64,000 nt of DNA from a bacterium. Lineage in GTDB: Bacteria > Electryoneota > Electryoneia > Electryoneales > Electryoneaceae. Location: NCBI GenBank assembly GCA_963669175.1, contig OY769902.1:1024001-1088000 (forward strand). The letters run 5' to 3'. The position numbers were made by a program, and so were the translations under genes. The notes beneath the pieces were generated by a model that made no database searches, was not told where the DNA came from, and saw nothing but the letters and a program-made list of their open reading frames with translations. Positions 60,040 to 64,000 of the stretch are shown here, in pieces. Numbering within the stretch: position 1 is the first letter of the stretch; every line of letters begins with the position of its first letter.

Positions 60040-60435
60040 ATGGCGAATCGTTCCACATCCACCTTTACCGAAGTCGAGCTGGAGTTCATGCAGTTGGTCT
60101 GGGAACGTGGTGAAGTAACCGCGGAAGACATCCAGCAGGCGCTGCACGAACAGGGGCGTGAGCTGGCGGACGGTAGTGTGCGCAAGGTCTTGTCGATCCT
60201 GATGAAGAAGGGTCATTTGTCACGTGAACGTGTGGGTCGTGGGTATGTCTACAAGGCGAAGGTGGTCAAGGAGCAGGCTCACAACACTATGCTTACGGAC
60301 TTGCTGGACCGTGCCTTTAGCGATTCCGCTCCAGACATGGTGGCGACCCTGCTACGCAGCCGTGACCTGAGTGAAGAGGACTTGAGTGAGATCAAAAAGC
60401 TGATCGCGTCCTATGAACAGGAGCGTGGCGCATGA
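60040..60435 (+). CDS. BlaI/MecI/CopY family repressor
   Basis: TEVELEFMQLVWERGEVT, L..KG.L.R...GR.YVY, LLDRAF. Confidence 0.92.
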   Translation: MANRSTSTFTEVELEFMQLVWERGEVTAEDIQQALHEQGRELADGSVRKVLSILMKKGHLSRERVGRGYVYKAKVVKEQAHNTMLTDLLDRAFSDSAPDMVATLLRSRDLSEEDLSEIKKLIASYEQERGA

Positions 60436-62093
60436 ATATGATACTGGATTTTGCCGGTCGGACGGTCACACATCTGCTTCTGACCACACTTTGGCAATCT
60501 GCGGTGATCGCGGTTGTGAGTTTGCCGGTGTTGTGGTTGTTACGCAGGCATCGCGCCCAGGTACGTTACCTGGTGCTGTTGACCGGGCTGGTTCTGATGC
60601 TGGCGCTTCCCCTGTTGACGGTTACTCCGGTTGGCGGCTGGCTGGAGCTGGTGTCTTGGGGACAGGCGGACAATGCCGATACGGCGCCGGTACAGCGGCT
60701 TTATTCGCTGGATACGATGGAACATGTCGCGGATGTCAGGATTATCCCATCGTCCGGTACCGGTCGTGCCTGGTACAAACGCGAATCCACATGGCTGGTA
60801 ATCCTGGCCTTATACGCTTTCGGGGTTACGCTGATGCTGATGCAAACCCTGTACAATTGGCTGAAAGTACATCGTTGGATCAGGCGGGCTCGAACGGTAT
60901 CCTCTGAACAGGTCATGCAGGTTTTCGATGCAGCGCGTGATCAGCTTGGTTTGAGGCGTGTTATCCCCATCCTGTCTCATTCGAATGTTACTGTCCCGAT
61001 GGCGGTGGGGTGGCGTCAGGCGAGGGTGTTGCTGCCCGCGAATGTAGTTGACCAGGCAGATCCGGATAAGCTGGCCACTGTAGCGTTGCATGAGCTGGGC
61101 CATATCTGCCGTAATGATGCGCGGGTGTTCATGTTGCTTGGCTGGGTACGCCCGTTTCTCTTCTTCAATCCCTTCTTTCATCTCTTTCGCAGGTGGTTGG
61201 GTACCCAGGCGGAATATGCCTGCGATGAGTTTGTCTTGCAGTCCGGAGCTGATCCGGTAGCCTACGCCAAGACGCTGTTGTCGTACGCACGTGTGCGTCC
61301 TTGTGGCGGCAGGCCGGATTTCGCGCCGGGCTTGTTTACCAGGAGTGAAGTTTTGAGCCGGATACACCGTACACTGAGGTTTGGGAGGACACCCATGCGA
61401 ACATGGACACATACGACTGCAATCGTATTCGGGATAAGTGTTGTGATCACAGGCGCTTTGATTATCGGATTGCCTTTACTGGAAAAACCGGTTCTGGCCG
61501 CGCCGGATGGCGACAAAGAAGGCAAGGTTCCGGAGGAAGTGTTGGTTGTGCCCAATGTGGATGAAAGCATTGCCTGTATCACTCATTTCCCTTTGAAGAA
61601 AGACCTTGATCAACGGATTTCCCTTGGGTATGGCCCCTGCAAAGATCCTTTTACCGGTGAAGCAGTGTTTCACAAGGCCATTGATCTTCCTGCCGAAGCG
61701 GGAACCCCGGTCCTGGCGGCTGGCGCAGGTAAAGTGATCAAGGTAAAAACCGAGGATGAGGGACGCGGGAACTTTGTCGTCATCCTGCATGAAGGTGACT
61801 ACATGACTCACTATACTCATCTTCAGGGCTTCAACGTGGAACTGAACCAGCAGGTGAACCCGGGTGATGTGATCGGGTATGTGGGCAGCACTGGCAAATC
61901 CACCGGACCGCATCTGCATTTCGCAGTGTCACGTGGCACGGAATACATCAACCCGATGACAGTAGCAGCGATTCATGACCATATGATGAAGATCAAGCAA
62001 ATTCGCGCGGAACAGCAGGGGATGCGTCAACCCTCCGAAACAAAAGCGCAGGATTCGGTGTTTGTTATCTACAGTACGCAGACACGCGATTGA
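60432..62093 (+). CDS. BlaR1-like M56 membrane peptidase fused to an M23 peptidase domain
   Basis: TM helices; HELGH..RND; FFNP; EYACDE; M23 motifs HKAID, YTHL, STGPHLHF. ATGA overlap with blaI. Confidence 0.88.
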   Translation: MNMILDFAGRTVTHLLLTTLWQSAVIAVVSLPVLWLLRRHRAQVRYLVLLTGLVLMLALPLLTVTPVGGWLELVSWGQADNADTAPVQRLYSLDTMEHVADVRIIPSSGTGRAWYKRESTWLVILALYAFGVTLMLMQTLYNWLKVHRWIRRARTVSSEQVMQVFDAARDQLGLRRVIPILSHSNVTVPMAVGWRQARVLLPANVVDQADPDKLATVALHELGHICRNDARVFMLLGWVRPFLFFNPFFHLFRRWLGTQAEYACDEFVLQSGADPVAYAKTLLSYARVRPCGGRPDFAPGLFTRSEVLSRIHRTLRFGRTPMRTWTHTTAIVFGISVVITGALIIGLPLLEKPVLAAPDGDKEGKVPEEVLVVPNVDESIACITHFPLKKDLDQRISLGYGPCKDPFTGEAVFHKAIDLPAEAGTPVLAAGAGKVIKVKTEDEGRGNFVVILHEGDYMTHYTHLQGFNVELNQQVNPGDVIGYVGSTGKSTGPHLHFAVSRGTEYINPMTVAAIHDHMMKIKQIRAEQQGMRQPSETKAQDSVFVIYSTQTRD

Positions 62094-62269
62094 TAACCTA
62101 TCATCTGAGATAGAATTTATAATTGTGTCCCTGTTTGCTTGCAAACAGGGGCAAAGCAAACAGGAACAACAGTAAAATAATACTGCTTCATCCATCCTAA
62201 GCAAGCGTCGAGCCGGGGCAGGGTTCGGCGTTTGTTTTTCGTAACGTACTTTTCAATCTGGACACAATT

Positions 62270-62890
62270 CTACTCTTCCCCGGCAACAGGTGCAGACGGG
62301 TCAATCGTTGCCGGGCCAAGAATCCCGCCGGACAGTACACATTTTAGAGCTTCGCTCACCGACCAGCCCGGATCACGTACCTGTTCTTCACGTGCCAGTA
62401 CGAGATTCCCCGTAGCGGGATTCGGGGGCAATGGGATATACACTTTCAGCAGGGTGTTACCGGTAGTACGATCTTTCACGGTTCCGGTGACAAACCCGAT
62501 CGCCCACATGCCCGGTTTCAGGTATTCGATCAGCACCGCACGTTCGAACACCTGGTGCGAGGGCAGGGAAAGGGTGGAGGATAGTTGTTTGCCAAGGTTG
62601 TAGACAGTACGGATCATCGGAATTTTATTGGAAATCCGGTCAACCATGGCGATAATCTGACGTCCGATGGTACGGCTTGCAAACCAGCCGAGGAACAACA
62701 ACAGGACAATCAGCAGCAGGATACCCATGCCGGGAAAGGAGAATCCGGTCAGTTTGTCGATAAACAGGACAATCCGCTGATCGATCTGCTTGTACATGAA
62801 GTAGAGCACAAACGCGGTCAGGCCGAGCGGTGTAATCGCCAGCAGGCCGCGGAATATATAGGTCTGAATCTTCTTCATGACTTGACGCAT
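62270..62890 (-). CDS. DUF502 family membrane protein
   Basis: GLL..TPLGLT, KIPMIRTVY, IGFVTG, YIPLPPNPATG. Confidence 0.85.
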   Translation of the reverse strand: MRQVMKKIQTYIFRGLLAITPLGLTAFVLYFMYKQIDQRIVLFIDKLTGFSFPGMGILLLIVLLLFLGWFASRTIGRQIIAMVDRISNKIPMIRTVYNLGKQLSSTLSLPSHQVFERAVLIEYLKPGMWAIGFVTGTVKDRTTGNTLLKVYIPLPPNPATGNLVLAREEQVRDPGWSVSEALKCVLSGGILGPATIDPSAPVAGEE

Positions 62891-63023
62891 GCACTCCTCC
62901 GGGATGGTTCCGTGTGGGAGGTAATGTACGATATCTCTGGCTGATTTTGGCAGTATCTTTGGTTTATAAAAACGCGGGATACGACTCTACTACCTTTGCT
63001 TTGCTGTGGTATGATTAGCCGTT

Positions 63024-63165
63024 TGGCCCGACTGCTTGCTGTCGGGTGTCAGCCGAGATGCACCGGCGTGTTGTCGAGATGGATTGTTTGAGGGGTAAAG
63101 AACATGGGCAGTGCGATTTTTGGGGTGGTGTTTGAGTAGTGTGGCCCGACTGCTTGCTGTCGGGT
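63024..63165. repeat. Two identical 24-bp palindromic (REP-like) copies
   Basis: tggcccgactgcttgctgtcgggt at 63024-63047 and 63142-63165; stem CCCGAC/GTCGGG. Confidence 0.8.
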
Positions 63166-63228
63166 TTCATCAGAAGTTGACGTACAAGTTAAATCGCAGG
63201 TGAAAATCTGCAGACAGGATAAGAGTGT

Positions 63229-64000
63229 ATGGGCAGTGCGATTTTCGGGGTGGTGTTTGGGTTGGTGTTGTTGATTGCCGGGGCCGAGCTGTTGGTGCGT
63301 GGCGCATCGAAGCTGGCGGCCTTGCTTGGCTTATCGCAAGTCGTGATCGGGCTGACCGTAGTCGCCTTCGGCACCAGCGCCCCGGAGCTGGCGGTGAGCA
63401 TACAGGCAGCTTTGAAAGGCACACCCGATATCACCATGGGCACCAATGTCGGCAGCAACATCTTCAATATCCTGTTCATTCTCGGCATTTCTGCAACCAT
63501 AGTCCCGTTGACTGTCGCCTACCGTATGATCCGTTTCGATATCCCGCTGATGATCGGCAGTTCTGTTCTGCTGTATGTCATGGCGCTCAACGGCTCCCTG
63601 GCCCGTTGGGAAGCGGGGCTGCTTTTCGCGCTGGTCATCACCTGGACCGTCTGGCTGATCGTACAGTCACGCAAGGACAACGCCCCCGCCGAACTTGCAG
63701 ACACATCTGCACCATCCGGACGTTCCCTGAAGGGTATGCTATTGGCAATTCTTGGCGTGGTTGTGGGGTTGGCGGCGTTGATTTATGGCGGTGATACGCT
63801 GGTGGATAACTCGGTTACTATCGCGAAAGCGATTGGTCTGAGCGAACGTGTCATCGGGCTGACCCTGATCGCGATGGGGACTTCGCTGCCCGAGCTGGCG
63901 ACCTCGATTGTGGCGGCGACCAAGGGGAACCGTGATCTCGCCGTCGCCAATATCGTCGGGTCCAACATGTTCAACATCCTCGCCGTCATCGCTGTGGCCG
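63229..64000 (+). CDS. Calcium/sodium antiporter (YrbG/CaCA family), 3'-truncated by the window; absent from the ORF track
   Basis: MGSAIFGVVFGLVLLIAGAELLVRGAS...GLTVVAFGTSAPE...GSNIFNI...GTSLPE...GSNMFNI; the frame is open to the window end. Confidence 0.92.
   Translation, partial: MGSAIFGVVFGLVLLIAGAELLVRGASKLAALLGLSQVVIGLTVVAFGTSAPELAVSIQAALKGTPDITMGTNVGSNIFNILFILGISATIVPLTVAYRMIRFDIPLMIGSSVLLYVMALNGSLARWEAGLLFALVITWTVWLIVQSRKDNAPAELADTSAPSGRSLKGMLLAILGVVVGLAALIYGGDTLVDNSVTIAKAIGLSERVIGLTLIAMGTSLPELATSIVAATKGNRDLAVANIVGSNMFNILAVIAVA

Noticed and set aside
63024-63165. 24-bp palindromic direct repeats as a mini-CRISPR
   Set aside because: Only two copies, a 94-nt spacer and no cas genes.
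63225-63794. 189-aa ORF in the track
   Set aside because: It is an alternative frame over the real antiporter gene starting at 63229.

Overview
A 64-kb bacterial chromosomal window. The combination of T9SS-type C-terminal sorting domains, PorU/PorV and sigma70-like promoters suggests a non-Bacteroidota member of the FCB group (inference only). 1-30 kb is a surface-protein and secretion locus. It starts with a 5'-truncated giant protein (>4,970 aa: beta-helix, about 42 Fn3-like repeats, T9SS CTD), then a candidate structured leader RNA, then porU-porV, an M6-like protease lacking its HExxH motif, an AT-rich SGNH gene, a peptidase/beta-propeller/beta-barrel protein and two paralogous membrane proteins. 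30-42 kb holds two histidine kinases, a DHOD-like gene, gltX, an ADP-ribosylglycohydrolase and a small secreted protein ending in TWGSLKALFR. 42-54.5 kb is the conserved rimP-nusA-infB-DUF503-rbfA-DHH-truB-ribF-rpsO-pnp-M16 cluster. 54.5-64 kb holds gcvT, a cold-shock protein, a metallophosphoesterase, an M42 peptidase, blaI with an M56-M23 fusion, DUF502 and a 3'-truncated Ca2+/Na+ antiporter. The most notable observations are: (1) a recurrent (E/D)LD(E/D) motif ending variable inserted loops and a probable propeptide, possibly a processing signal; (2) the non-canonical T9SS-associated operon with its attenuator-like leader; (3) a TWGxxK C-terminal tag; (4) a family of modular intergenic short-repeat and inverted-repeat elements; (5) a truB with no canonical start codon. 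No rRNA, tRNA, CRISPR array or transposase was seen. All calls come from reading motifs by eye; no database search was run.
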